Positions 9,976-19,671 of a stretch of 64,000 nt of DNA are shown one piece after another. The DNA comes from Candidatus Eiseniibacteriota bacterium (GTDB taxonomy: Bacteria > Eisenbacteria > RBG-16-71-46 > JABDJR01), in contig CAVXKA010000002.1 in assembly GCA_963762255.1 (NCBI GenBank), positions 1,088,001 through 1,152,000 on the forward strand, given 5' to 3'. How positions within the stretch are numbered: the first letter of the stretch is position 1; every line of letters starts with the position of its first letter. The position numbers and the translations under genes were made by a program. The notes under the pieces are model-generated. The model had not been told where the DNA came from, ran no database searches, and saw only the letters and a list, made by a program, of their open reading frames with translations.

Positions 9976-11259
9976 CTAATTGCCGGCGAACCTCCCCAAC
10001 TCCGCGCGCAGGGCCTCTTCGAGATTGGGAAAAGCGTAGCGGAAGCCCAGATCTTGAAGTCTTGCCGGCCGCACGTCCGCTCCTTCGAGAATGAGCGCGT
10101 CCCCCATCTCGCCCAACGCGGCGCGAATCACCGCCGCGGGCACGCGTAAGAGCACCGGCCGCCGCAGCACACGGCCCAGCACGCGCGCGAACTCCCTCTG
10201 GGACACCGGGCGCGGCGCGGTCGCGTTGACCGGCCCACGCAGCCGGGCGTCGAAGAGCGCGGTGAAGAAGAGTCCCAGCAGATCGTCGAGCGCGATCCAG
10301 CTCAACACCTGCCGCCCGTCTCCCATGATCGCGCCCCCACCCGCGGAGAAGACGGGAGCGAGGCGCGCAAGCATTCCCCCATTCCCCGCGAGCACGACCC
10401 CGATGCGGGGATGCACGACGCGGATGCCCGCGGCATCGGCGGGCGCGGCCGCGTCTTCCCACGCCCGCGCGAGGTCGGGGAAGAACCCCTCACCCTGGGC
10501 GGACGTTTCGGTGAGCGGCTCGTCGCCGCGGTTGCCGTAGAAGCCGACGGCGGAAGCGGAGATGAGAACGCCCGGGGGGTGCGCCAACGCGGCCAGCGTG
10601 CGGCAGAGGAGCGCGGTGCCCTCGGTGCGACTGCGCCGGAGAAGTTCCTTGCGAGCGGGCGTCCAGCGTCCCTCGCCCACGCTGGCTCCGGCGAGATTCA
10701 CCACGGCGTCGAACCCTTCGAGAGCGGCGGCGTCGATCTCTCCGCGTTCGGGATTCCAGGCGATCGCTCGCTCGCCCGGGCGCACCGCCCGGCGCACCAA
10801 CGGGACGACCTCGTGCCCGCCGGCGGTGAGGAACGCGGTCAGTGCGGTGCCGATCATCCCCGAGGCGCCCGTCATGGCCACGCGCAGCGGTCGGTCGAGC
10901 CGCGCGTCACGATGGCGCGTGAGATCCTCGCGAGTCCGGCGATGGCGAAACGCGAAGGTGCGTTCCAGCGCCCGCCGCACCGAGCGCCCGGCGGCGAACT
11001 CGCCCAGCGCGCCCAGCGGAAGCACGTAGTCGATCGTGTCCTCCAGCGTGCTCGCGCTCTCCCCTTCAGGCAGGAAGCGGTGCGCGTGAGCCCAACGCAC
11101 GAAAGGGCCCCGCACGTGCTCGCCCACCGGCCCGATGGATCTCCAGGGCGGGGTGAGCCGCGCGAACGCGCCGGGGCGCGCGTGCCAGGCGGCCAGGTCC
11201 TCGGCGGGGACCGGCATCGTGGAGCGCAGGACGAAGACGTTCCCGTGGTCGGTTCGCAT
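9976..11259 (-). CDS. TIGR01777-type NAD-dependent epimerase with a shortened SRPBCC N-terminal domain
   Basis: WHARPGAFARLTPPW..GPFVRWAHAH, then TGASGMIG, NLAG, ASAVGFYG and GPVNATAP. Confidence 0.85.
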   Translation of the reverse strand: MRTDHGNVFVLRSTMPVPAEDLAAWHARPGAFARLTPPWRSIGPVGEHVRGPFVRWAHAHRFLPEGESASTLEDTIDYVLPLGALGEFAAGRSVRRALERTFAFRHRRTREDLTRHRDARLDRPLRVAMTGASGMIGTALTAFLTAGGHEVVPLVRRAVRPGERAIAWNPERGEIDAAALEGFDAVVNLAGASVGEGRWTPARKELLRRSRTEGTALLCRTLAALAHPPGVLISASAVGFYGNRGDEPLTETSAQGEGFFPDLARAWEDAAAPADAAGIRVVHPRIGVVLAGNGGMLARLAPVFSAGGGAIMGDGRQVLSWIALDDLLGLFFTALFDARLRGPVNATAPRPVSQREFARVLGRVLRRPVLLRVPAAVIRAALGEMGDALILEGADVRPARLQDLGFRYAFPNLEEALRAELGRFAGN

Positions 11260-11282
11260 GTCGCGCCATTATAATCGCGCGC

Positions 11283-12332
11283 GTGTCCGCCCCCGCGCTC
11301 AGTTCATCCATCGAACGATTCCTCATCCCGTGGACCCGACTCGACTGGCCGCTCGCCTGGCCCGAGATCTTCGGGCGGACGGCTCCGCTCGGCCTGGAAT
11401 TGGGCTTCGGAAACGGCGAGTTCCTGGAGGGGCTTGCCCCCGCGCATCCGGAATTGAACTGGGTCGGCATCGAGATCTCGTGGGCGTCGGTGCAGCGGCT
11501 GGTGAAGCGCGCCGAGGCGCACCGCCTCGACAACGTGCGCGCGATCCAGGGGGACGGCGCGTTCGTGCTCGAGCATCTCTTCGCCTCGCGCGCCGTCGAT
11601 CGCGTCTTCATCAACCACCCGGACCCGTGGCCGAAGAAGCGCCACTACGGGCGTCGACTGATCCAGCCCGCGTTTCTGGATCTTCTGGCGCGCCGACTCG
11701 TCCCCGGCGGCGAGGTCACCATCGTCACCGATCACGCCGGGTACGCGGAGTGGATCGCTGAAGCGCTCGAGGGGCAACGCGCGCTGCGCCCCGCTTTCGG
11801 AACCACGCGGGTCGACGAGCTTCCGGGCCGCGCGCGCACCAAGTACGAACGCAAAGGGGTCGAGGCGGGCTCGCGCATCAACTACTTCGTCTGGCGGCGC
11901 GAGGGCGAAGGCGGTCCCGAGCCCCCGCATGTGGAGAACACCGATACCATGCCCAACGTCATGCTCGAAGGACCGGTCTCTCTCTCCGCGCTCTTTCCCG
12001 AGTTCGCGCCGCGAATGTGGGAGACGGAGTACCGAGGCATCCGCGTGATCGTCCAGTTCGAGCAGGCCTACGTCCGCGCCGACGCGCGCGAGTGGCTGAT
12101 CGAGGCGCGCATTCAGGAGGGAACGTTCGTGCAGCACGTGGCGATCTCGGTGGCGTCCCGCCCGGAAAGCCGGCTCTTGGTGAAGCCGGCCTCGGTTGGC
12201 TCCCCGCGCCCGACCTGGGGCGTGAAGGAGGCGGTGCGGCTGACCGCGGAGCTGGTGCTGGCCGCGCACCCGGGGCTCGCCGTGCACTCGTCTTCCGTGG
12301 GGGACCCCGCCGGCCTCGAGGGTGTAGACTAG
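11283..12332 (+). CDS. trmB: tRNA (guanine-N7)-methyltransferase with a C-terminal extension
   Basis: Motifs LELGFGNG, GIEI, PDPWPKKRH, TD..YA and TKYERK. Confidence 0.9.
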   Translation: MSAPALSSSIERFLIPWTRLDWPLAWPEIFGRTAPLGLELGFGNGEFLEGLAPAHPELNWVGIEISWASVQRLVKRAEAHRLDNVRAIQGDGAFVLEHLFASRAVDRVFINHPDPWPKKRHYGRRLIQPAFLDLLARRLVPGGEVTIVTDHAGYAEWIAEALEGQRALRPAFGTTRVDELPGRARTKYERKGVEAGSRINYFVWRREGEGGPEPPHVENTDTMPNVMLEGPVSLSALFPEFAPRMWETEYRGIRVIVQFEQAYVRADAREWLIEARIQEGTFVQHVAISVASRPESRLLVKPASVGSPRPTWGVKEAVRLTAELVLAAHPGLAVHSSSVGDPAGLEGVD

Positions 12333-12368
12333 AGGCGTTCACCCCCACATCCCGCGGGAGAAGAAGCC

Positions 12369-13058
12369 ATGAAACTCCGCGGCTCAGTGTCGATGTCTGT
12401 CGCCTGTCTCTGCGTGTTCGTCGGTGCAGCGACTCCTCCGGCTGCCGCTGACGAGGTTATCATCCTTGAACCCGGATACGTGATCACCTCTCCCGTCAGC
12501 CTTCCCGGCTACACGATCTACACAGGCACCTCGCTCCAGGTGGTCGGCCACGTCCAGGAGTTCGTGGGTCCATTCGCGGATCTCAACCACCGTCCCCACC
12601 CGGAATTCACCTACGTGCTCTCGGGATTCGTTTGTACGGAGGAGTACTTCTGGGATGACTTCATCAACGATATCGGGGGATGGCTTGCCGAGTTCACCGA
12701 TGGCGAACTGAGCATCTACCGGGACATCTCTACCACCGCGCGTTTCGACGATCCTAGAACGTTTTCCGACGGGGAAGAACTCTTCGAAGCGGTCTGCTCC
12801 AACTTCCTGCTGGGCTGGATCCCCAATGCGCCACTCCCGGGACTCGTGTTCACCGGCGGTTCCCTCTTCGATCGGGTGAGTGCGAACGGGACTGGTTATC
12901 GGGGCATCGTCGCGGGGGAACTCGACGAGGGCACGATCCCAGCGGACATGCTGGCCTTGGGCTACCGGGCCGTTTACACCGGGACGGTCCAGGTCAGCTT
13001 CCCGGTCCCCGTCCAATCCACCACTTGGGGACGGCTCAAGACCCTCTACGATCACTGA
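12369..13058 (+). CDS. Secreted hypothetical protein with a C-terminal TWGxxKxLY tail
   Basis: Signal-peptide-like N-terminus; ends VPVQSTTWGRLKTLYDH. Confidence 0.75.
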   Translation: MKLRGSVSMSVACLCVFVGAATPPAAADEVIILEPGYVITSPVSLPGYTIYTGTSLQVVGHVQEFVGPFADLNHRPHPEFTYVLSGFVCTEEYFWDDFINDIGGWLAEFTDGELSIYRDISTTARFDDPRTFSDGEELFEAVCSNFLLGWIPNAPLPGLVFTGGSLFDRVSANGTGYRGIVAGELDEGTIPADMLALGYRAVYTGTVQVSFPVPVQSTTWGRLKTLYDH

Positions 13059-13217
13059 TCTCCGCTCCCCGCCGGAAGTTGCCGCGCCCGGCCTCGGCGC
13101 GTGCCGCCAGGCTGAGAATCGTGCAGATTCTGGGTGGTCAAGAACCCCTATTTATGAGAAAAATATGGGGTTACGCCGATCCAAAACCACGCTCTCAACC
13201 GCCTCGGAGACGACCGC

Positions 13218-13760
13218 ATGCGCGATGCCGTGTTGAAGCTCTGGCCCGAACTCACCTGGATCAAGAACGAGAACCTGCGCGAGCGCGTGACCGTGACTTG
13301 GGAGCGTGCGTTCGAGCGGAGTCCGCTCACGCCGCAGGATCTCGAGACGATCCCCTTCACATTGCTCGTGCCCAACTGTCCTGTCACCTTCATGGCCCAC
13401 AAGCGGTGTGTGGTGCACATTGCGCGCCGCTCCGCCGAGGCCATGACCGAGTTCATGGGCACCGCGTTGCCGATCGACATGGACATCCTGATCGCGGGAG
13501 CGATCCTCGCCGATGTGGGGAAGCTCCTCGAATACGAGACGGTCGACGGCAAGGCCCGCCAGAGCCGGCGCGGCCAGTTGCTACGCCACCCGTTCACCGG
13601 CGCGGCGCTGGCCATGGAGTGCGGGGTTCCGGACGCCGCGTGCCACATCATCGCGACTCACTCCGAAGAAGGAAACCTCGTCAAGCGCACCACCGAGGCC
13701 TTGATCGTTCACCACGCCGACTTCATGAGCTATCTCCCCTTCAAGAACCTGGCCGGCTGA
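13218..13760 (+). CDS. HD-superfamily metal-dependent phosphohydrolase-like protein
   Basis: H..(V)VH, GAILADVGK (HD altered to AD), RHPFTG, HIIATHS and HHADF. Confidence 0.8.
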   Translation: MRDAVLKLWPELTWIKNENLRERVTVTWERAFERSPLTPQDLETIPFTLLVPNCPVTFMAHKRCVVHIARRSAEAMTEFMGTALPIDMDILIAGAILADVGKLLEYETVDGKARQSRRGQLLRHPFTGAALAMECGVPDAACHIIATHSEEGNLVKRTTEALIVHHADFMSYLPFKNLAG

Positions 13761-13805
13761 TCCGCGCGGCCGCGATCTCGTGACGACAGAGGAGGACTTC
13801 CCCAG

Positions 13806-15203
13806 ATGACCGCCAAGGACAACGGCCAAGTCGCCGGCACCGTCACCGCCAAGATGGCCGCCTGGGCCGCCGGGCTGCGCTACGAGGACCTCTCTTCAGC
13901 CGCCGTGCGCGAGGCCAAGCGCTTCCTGCTCGACTCGCTGGGCTGCGCGCTCGGGGGGTATCTGCAGCACGATGTGCGCATCGCGCTCGAAGTGCTGGAT
14001 GAGATCGCGGGCCAGGGCTCCGCTACCGTGATCGGCTCCGGAAAGCGGATGGACCCGGTCTCCGCGTCGCTCGCCAACGCGCTCATGATCCGCGTCATGG
14101 ACTACAACGACATCTACTGGAAGCAGGATCCCTCGCACCCTTCCGATCTCATCCCCGCCGCCATGGCCTGCGGGGAACGGCAGGAAAGCGACGGCCGGGA
14201 GCTTCTGCTCGGCATCGCCCTCGGTCACGAGTTCGAGATGCGGCTCTGCGAGGCTGCGCTGCCCGGCATCCGCGAGCGCGGCTGGCACCACGCGACGCTG
14301 ACCGCCTTCGCCGCGCCGATCGTGGCCGGACGCGCGCTCGGCCTCAACGCCGAGCAGATCCAGCACGCGATCGGCATCGGGGCGAGCCGCCACGCCACCT
14401 ACGGCGCCGCGGTGGCGGGCAAGCTCACCATGATGAAGAACACGGTGGACCCGATGGCCACCCAGAGCGGCGTGCTGGCCGCTCTCCTGGCCGAGAAGGG
14501 ATACACCGGCCCCGAGCACGTGATCGAAGGCAAGGAGGGCATCGTCCACTGTCTCGGCCCGGAGTGGGATCTGGAAGTGCTCACCGACAGGCTCGGCGAG
14601 TCATGGCGCATCACGCAGTGCGGCATGAAGGCCTTCCCCACCGAGGCGCTCACCCACGCCCCGATCTCGGCGGTTCTCGACCTCGTGCGCGAACACGACC
14701 TGAAGCCGGACCAGGTGGACAAGATCCACATCCGCTCGCTCGCCCGCGCCGCCGACATCCTGGCCGATCCGAGCAAGTACGATCCGCACAGCAAGGAGAC
14801 CGCCGACCACTCCCTCCCCTACGTGATCGCGGTCGCGCTCGTGGACCGGCAGGTAACGCCGCTCCAGTTCACCGACGAGAAGATCCAGGACCCCACGATC
14901 CGCGCCCAGCTCCGCAAGGTGGAGGTGGTGGCGGACCCGCAGATCGAACAGGTGTTCCCGGTGCTGCAGCGCGTCGTGGTTTCGATCCACACGACGTCGG
15001 GCAGGTCCTACATGAAACAGCTCGACTTCCCGAAGGGCGATCCGCGGAACCCGCTCACCGATGCCGAGATCGAAGCCAAGTTCGACTCCCTCGCCGAGCC
15101 GGTGATGGACGCGGCCGCGCGCGCGAGGGTGAAGGACGCCGTGTGGAACCTGGAGAAGGAAGGATCGATCCGCAACTTCATGGCGCTGTTGAAATCGCGT
15201 TGA
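13806..15203 (+). CDS. prpD: MmgE/PrpD family protein (2-methylcitrate dehydratase-like)
   Basis: Motifs LDSLGCALG, RVMDYNDIY, SHPSD, ETADHSLPY and PKGDPRNP. Confidence 0.88.
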   Translation: MTAKDNGQVAGTVTAKMAAWAAGLRYEDLSSAAVREAKRFLLDSLGCALGGYLQHDVRIALEVLDEIAGQGSATVIGSGKRMDPVSASLANALMIRVMDYNDIYWKQDPSHPSDLIPAAMACGERQESDGRELLLGIALGHEFEMRLCEAALPGIRERGWHHATLTAFAAPIVAGRALGLNAEQIQHAIGIGASRHATYGAAVAGKLTMMKNTVDPMATQSGVLAALLAEKGYTGPEHVIEGKEGIVHCLGPEWDLEVLTDRLGESWRITQCGMKAFPTEALTHAPISAVLDLVREHDLKPDQVDKIHIRSLARAADILADPSKYDPHSKETADHSLPYVIAVALVDRQVTPLQFTDEKIQDPTIRAQLRKVEVVADPQIEQVFPVLQRVVVSIHTTSGRSYMKQLDFPKGDPRNPLTDAEIEAKFDSLAEPVMDAAARARVKDAVWNLEKEGSIRNFMALLKSR

Positions 15204-15258
15204 TCGAATCGCGGGCGAATCCGCCGGCGCCGGCCGGAGCCCGCCGAGGAGGTCCGTC

Positions 15259-17203
15259 ATGGGCCAGACCGTCGTCGAGAAGATCACTCAGCATCACCTG
15301 TCGGGCTCGCGGCCGCCGCGGGCGCTGCGCGCCGGAGACTTCGTCTCCATTCGCCCGCGCCACGTGCTGACCCATGACAACACGTCGGCGGTGATGAAGA
15401 AGTTCGCCGGCCTCAAGGCGGGGCGCGTACACGATCCCCGGCAACCGGTCTTCGCGCTGGATCACGACATCCAGAACCGCTCGGCGGAGAACCTCGAGAA
15501 GTACAGCAGAATCCAGGCCATGGCCGAGGACCAGGGGATCGACTTCCATCGCGCGGGGACCGGCATCGGCCACCAGATCATGGTGCAGGAAGGCTACGTG
15601 GTGCCGGGCTCGTTCGTTGTCGCCTCCGACTCCCACGCCAACATGTACGGCGCGCTCGGCGCGGTGGGCACGCCGGTGGTCCGCACCGACGCCGCCGCGA
15701 TCTGGGCCACCGGACACTTCTGGTGGCAGATCCCCCCCACCGTGCAAGTCGTGCTGAACGGCGAGTTGCCTCCGGGGGTGACCGGAAAGGACGTGATCAT
15801 CGCCCTGTGCGGCCTCTTCAATCGGGAGGAAGTGCTGAACACCGCGGTGGAGTTCACCGGCCCCGGTGTCACGTCGCTCAACATCGAGGCGCGGCTCACC
15901 ATCGCGAACATGACCACGGAGTGGGGGGCGCTGGTAGGCTGGTTCCCGGTGGACGACGTGACGCTGCGCTACATGGACCGCGTCCACGCCATCCTCGCCG
16001 AGCGGGGCATCGAGCGCTTCTCGCGAGCCCACCTCCAGGCATGGAGCACGAACTCGCCGCGGCCCGACACCAGCGCGGTGTATGCCGCGCGCATCACCTT
16101 CGATCTGAGCGAACTCACCCCGCACGTGAGCGGCCCCGACACCGTGCAGGCCATGTCCACACTGGCCGACATCGCCGAGAAGAAGATCGCGATCCAGAAG
16201 GCCTACATCGTGTCGTGCGTGAACTCTCGATGCAAGGATCTCGAGGCCGCGGCACGGGTGCTGGAGGGGAAGCGCGTGGCTCCGGGCGTGGAGCTCTACG
16301 TCGCGGCGGCGAGCAGGGCCGCACAGAAGATGGCGGAGAAGCGCGGCGCATGGCAGACGCTGCTCGCCGCGGGAGCGAAGCCGCTTCCGCCCGGCTGCGG
16401 GCCGTGCATCGGTCTAGGCGCCGGCCTCCTCGCCGCGGGCGAGGTCGGGATCTCCGCTACCAACCGGAATTTCAAGGGCCGCATGGGTTCCCGGGACGCC
16501 CAGTGCTACCTGGGGAGTCCGGAGACGGTGGCTGCCTCCGCGGTGGCCGGCTTCATCACCGGCGCCGCTTCGTGGACCGCCCGGCCGCTCACGCGCCGCA
16601 TCGAGGTCTTCGAGAGCGCGACGCCACCCGCCGGCGAGCGCATCGAGATTGTCGAGGGCTTCCCGGAACGCATTCGCGGCCGGCTCGTCTTCCTGCCCCA
16701 GGACAACCTCAACACCGACGGGATCTACGGCAAGGACTACACCTACCGCGAGGACATGACCCGCGAGGCGATGGCCCGCGTGGTCATGGAGAACTACGAC
16801 CCCGGCTTCGCGGGGGCGACGCGGGCCGGCGACGTGGTGGTGGGCGGATTCAACTTCGGGACGGGCTCGAGCCGCGAGCAGGCGGTGACCGCGCTGCAGG
16901 CCAAGGGCATTCCGATCGTGGTGGCGGGAAGCTACTCGCAGACCTATCTGCGCAACGCGTTCAACAACGGCTACATGTGCATCGAGAGTCCCGCGCTGGT
17001 CAAGGCGCTCAAGGAGCGCTTCGCGGGACGCCCGGAGAAGACGATCATCCCGGGCGACGAGATCGAGGTGGATTTCACGATCGGGCACGCTCATCTGGGC
17101 CGGGCAGACGTTCCGTTTCCCGCCCTTGAGCCGCGTGCCGCAGGAACTGGTCGTGGCGGGAGGTATCGAGAACCTCGTCCGCCGCAGCTTGGCGCAGGCA
17201 TAG
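15259..17203 (+). CDS. lysF: Single-chain homoaconitase/aconitase-family hydratase (fungal Lys4/LysF-like), with frameshift(s) near 17085-17130
   Basis: THDN, GIGHQ, DSH, SCVNSR, CGPCIG and TNRNFKGRMG, fused to the small-subunit motifs NTDGIY and NFGTGSSREQA. The natural end PQELVVAGGIENLVRRSLAQA* lies in another frame (TAG 17201-17203). Confidence 0.82.
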
Positions 17204-17216
17204 GGAGGAATCGAGC

Positions 17217-18410
17217 ATGGCGCGCTATACCGTGGTGACGATGCCGGGGGATGGGATCGGGAAGGTGGTTCTTCCCGAGTCGGTGCGGGTCCTCGATGCG
17301 GTCGGGTTCGACGCCGAGTACGTGCACGGCGACATCGGCTGGGACTTCTGGATGAGCGAGGGCAACGCGCTGCCCGAACGCACCGTGGAGCTGCTGGCCA
17401 AGCACAAGCTCGGGCTTTTCGGGGCGATCACCTCCAAGCCCAAGGGAGACGCCGACGCGCGAACTCCGCCCCGAGCTGCGCGGCAAGGGACACACCTACT
17501 TCAGCCCCATCGTGGGCATGCGGCAGCGGTTCAACCTCGACATCTGCCTGCGCCCGTGCCGTTCCTTCCCGGGCAACCCGCTCAACTTCATCCGGCGCAC
17601 GATGGACGGCGGCTTCGAGGAGCCGGTGGTGGACACCGTGATCTTCCGGCAGAACACCGAAGGGATGTACTCGGGCGTCGAGTGGACCGATCCCGCCGCC
17701 CGCCGTCCGCGATGCCTTCGCCTCGCATCCCAAGTTCAAGCCGTTCAGCAGCACGCCCGGCCCCGATCTCGCGATTTCGACGCGCATCATCACGCGTGCG
17801 CGCCACCCGGCGCATCCTGCGGGCCGCGTTCGAGTACGCGCGCAAGTACGACTACAAGTCGGTGACGGTGTGCGAGAAGCCGAACGTGCTGCGCGAGACC
17901 TCCGGGATGATGGAGGAGGAGGCCAAGGACGTCATCCAGCGGGATTTCCGCGACATCCAGCTCTGGTCCACCAACATCGACGCGCAGATGATGTGGCTCA
18001 CGAAGAACCCCGAGGACTACGGGGTGCTGGTCGCGGAGAACCTCTTCGGCGACATCGTCTCCGACGCGTTCGCGGGACTGGTGGGCGGGCTGGGATTCGC
18101 CTGCTCCGGCAACATCGGCGACGAGGTCGCGGTGTTCGAGCCCACGCACGGGTCGGCTCCCAAGTACGAGAAGCTGGATCCGCCGATCGTGAACCCGATC
18201 GCCATGATCCTCTCCGCGGCGATGCTGCTCGACCACGTCGGCGAGATCGACAAGGCCGAGCGCGTGCGCGATGCGGTGGCGGCGGTCGTGCGCGAGGGGA
18301 AGGTACGCACCTACGACATGATGCGTCTCACCGGCGGACCCAAGTCGATTGCGAACGGCGCGGCGACCTCGATTCAGATGACGGACGCGATCCTCGCGCA
18401 CCTGAAGTAG
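17217..18410 (+). CDS. Isocitrate/isopropylmalate/homoisocitrate dehydrogenase family protein with internal compensating frameshifts
   Basis: PGDGIG..LFGAITS. The middle segment (MRQRFNLDICLRP, RQNTEGMY) is in another frame, followed by KPNVL, NLFGDIVSD, GGLG and FEPTHGSAPKY. Confidence 0.85.
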   Translation: MARYTVVTMPGDGIGKVVLPESVRVLDAVGFDAEYVHGDIGWDFWMSEGNALPERTVELLAKHKLGLFGAITSKPKGDADARTPPRAARQGTHLLQPHRGHAAAVQPRHLPAPVPFLPGQPAQLHPAHDGRRLRGAGGGHRDLPAEHRRDVLGRRVDRSRRPPSAMPSPRIPSSSRSAARPAPISRFRRASSRVRATRRILRAAFEYARKYDYKSVTVCEKPNVLRETSGMMEEEAKDVIQRDFRDIQLWSTNIDAQMMWLTKNPEDYGVLVAENLFGDIVSDAFAGLVGGLGFACSGNIGDEVAVFEPTHGSAPKYEKLDPPIVNPIAMILSAAMLLDHVGEIDKAERVRDAVAAVVREGKVRTYDMMRLTGGPKSIANGAATSIQMTDAILAHLK

Positions 18411-18468
18411 ACCGCGGGCGGAGCGGACGGTTCTCGACGCCCGGCGCGGCCGGGCAAGGAGGCAGGCG

Positions 18469-19671
18469 ATGACGGCGGCAGCCACGGTCCTCGGACACGG
18501 CGAAGCGGGACGGCGGGGAGCCGATGTCCGCTCGGATCTCTTCGTGGCGATCGACGTGCGGGACGCGGGGCCGCTCGATCTGGACGTGCGATCCAAGGTC
18601 GAAGTCATGTACGGCGCCGATCTGCGCGCGCAGGCGAAGCAGGTGCTGGCCGACCTCGGCGTCGAGCACGGCACGGTCGTGATCGAGGATCAGGGCGCGC
18701 TCCCGTTCGTGATGGCGGCCCGCATCGAAGCCGCGGTGCGCCGCGCAGGGGCGGGGAAGGAGAGAAGATCCCTCCCCAAGACCGCGGCCGCGCCGACGAT
18801 CACGACCCGCGACCGCCTGCGCCGCTCCCGCCTCTACCTTCCCGGCGCCGAGCCCAAGTTCCTGGTCAACGCGAAGCTCCACGGAGCGGACGCGCTCATC
18901 CTCGACCTCGAGGACTCGGTGCATCCCGCCGAGAAGGACGGCGCGCGGCTCATCGTGCGCAACGCGCTCCGCGCGGTCGACTTCGGCGGTTGCGAGCGCA
19001 TGGTGCGCATCAATCAGGGCCCGCTCGGACTGGAGGACCTGGACGCGATCGTGCCCGAAGCGCCGGATCTGATCCTCATCCCCAAGACCGAGACCGCGGA
19101 GCACGTGAAGGAAGTCGACGAGCGCATCCGCAACATCCTTGCCCACGACGGACTCGCCCACTCGATCTGGCTCATGCCGATCCTGGAGTCCGCGCTCGGG
19201 ATCGAGAACGCGTTCGCGATCGCCTCGGCATCTCCCCGCGTGGTCGCGCTGACGATCGGGCTCGAGGACTACACCGCCGATCTCGGCGTGGTGAAGACCC
19301 CCGAGGGCGCGGAGACGCTCTACGCGCGGCAGCGCCTGGTGAACGCGGCCAAGGCCGTGCACATCCAGGCCATCGACTCCGTGTACGGCGATGTCGACGA
19401 TCTGGACGGGCTGCGCGCCTGGGGGCTGCGGTCGCGGGCGATGGGCTTCGAGGGCATGGGCTGCGTACACCCGCGCCAGATCTCGGTCATCCACGAGGCG
19501 TTCGCGCCGACCGCGGAGGAGATCGCGAAAGCGGAGCGCATCGTGGCCGCGTTCGACGAGGCCAAGGCGAAGGGGTTGGGTGTGGTGAGCCTGGGCTCCA
19601 AGATGATCGACCCGCCGGTGGTGAACCGCGCGCTCAAGCTGGTCGAGCGCGCGAGGAGGATGGGGCGATGA
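18469..19671 (+). CDS. citE: Citrate lyase acyl-carrier (CitD-like) fused to the beta subunit (CitE)
   Basis: N-terminal RSD..SKVEVMYG..IEDQGALPFVMAARIEAAV (CitD-like), then RRSRLYLPG, LDLEDSV, HPRQI and KMIDPP. Confidence 0.88.
   Translation: MTAAATVLGHGEAGRRGADVRSDLFVAIDVRDAGPLDLDVRSKVEVMYGADLRAQAKQVLADLGVEHGTVVIEDQGALPFVMAARIEAAVRRAGAGKERRSLPKTAAAPTITTRDRLRRSRLYLPGAEPKFLVNAKLHGADALILDLEDSVHPAEKDGARLIVRNALRAVDFGGCERMVRINQGPLGLEDLDAIVPEAPDLILIPKTETAEHVKEVDERIRNILAHDGLAHSIWLMPILESALGIENAFAIASASPRVVALTIGLEDYTADLGVVKTPEGAETLYARQRLVNAAKAVHIQAIDSVYGDVDDLDGLRAWGLRSRAMGFEGMGCVHPRQISVIHEAFAPTAEEIAKAERIVAAFDEAKAKGLGVVSLGSKMIDPPVVNRALKLVERARRMGR

Noticed and set aside
11100-11259. Shortened SRPBCC domain on the epimerase
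   Set aside because: Probably a small in-frame deletion in a common fusion; low significance.
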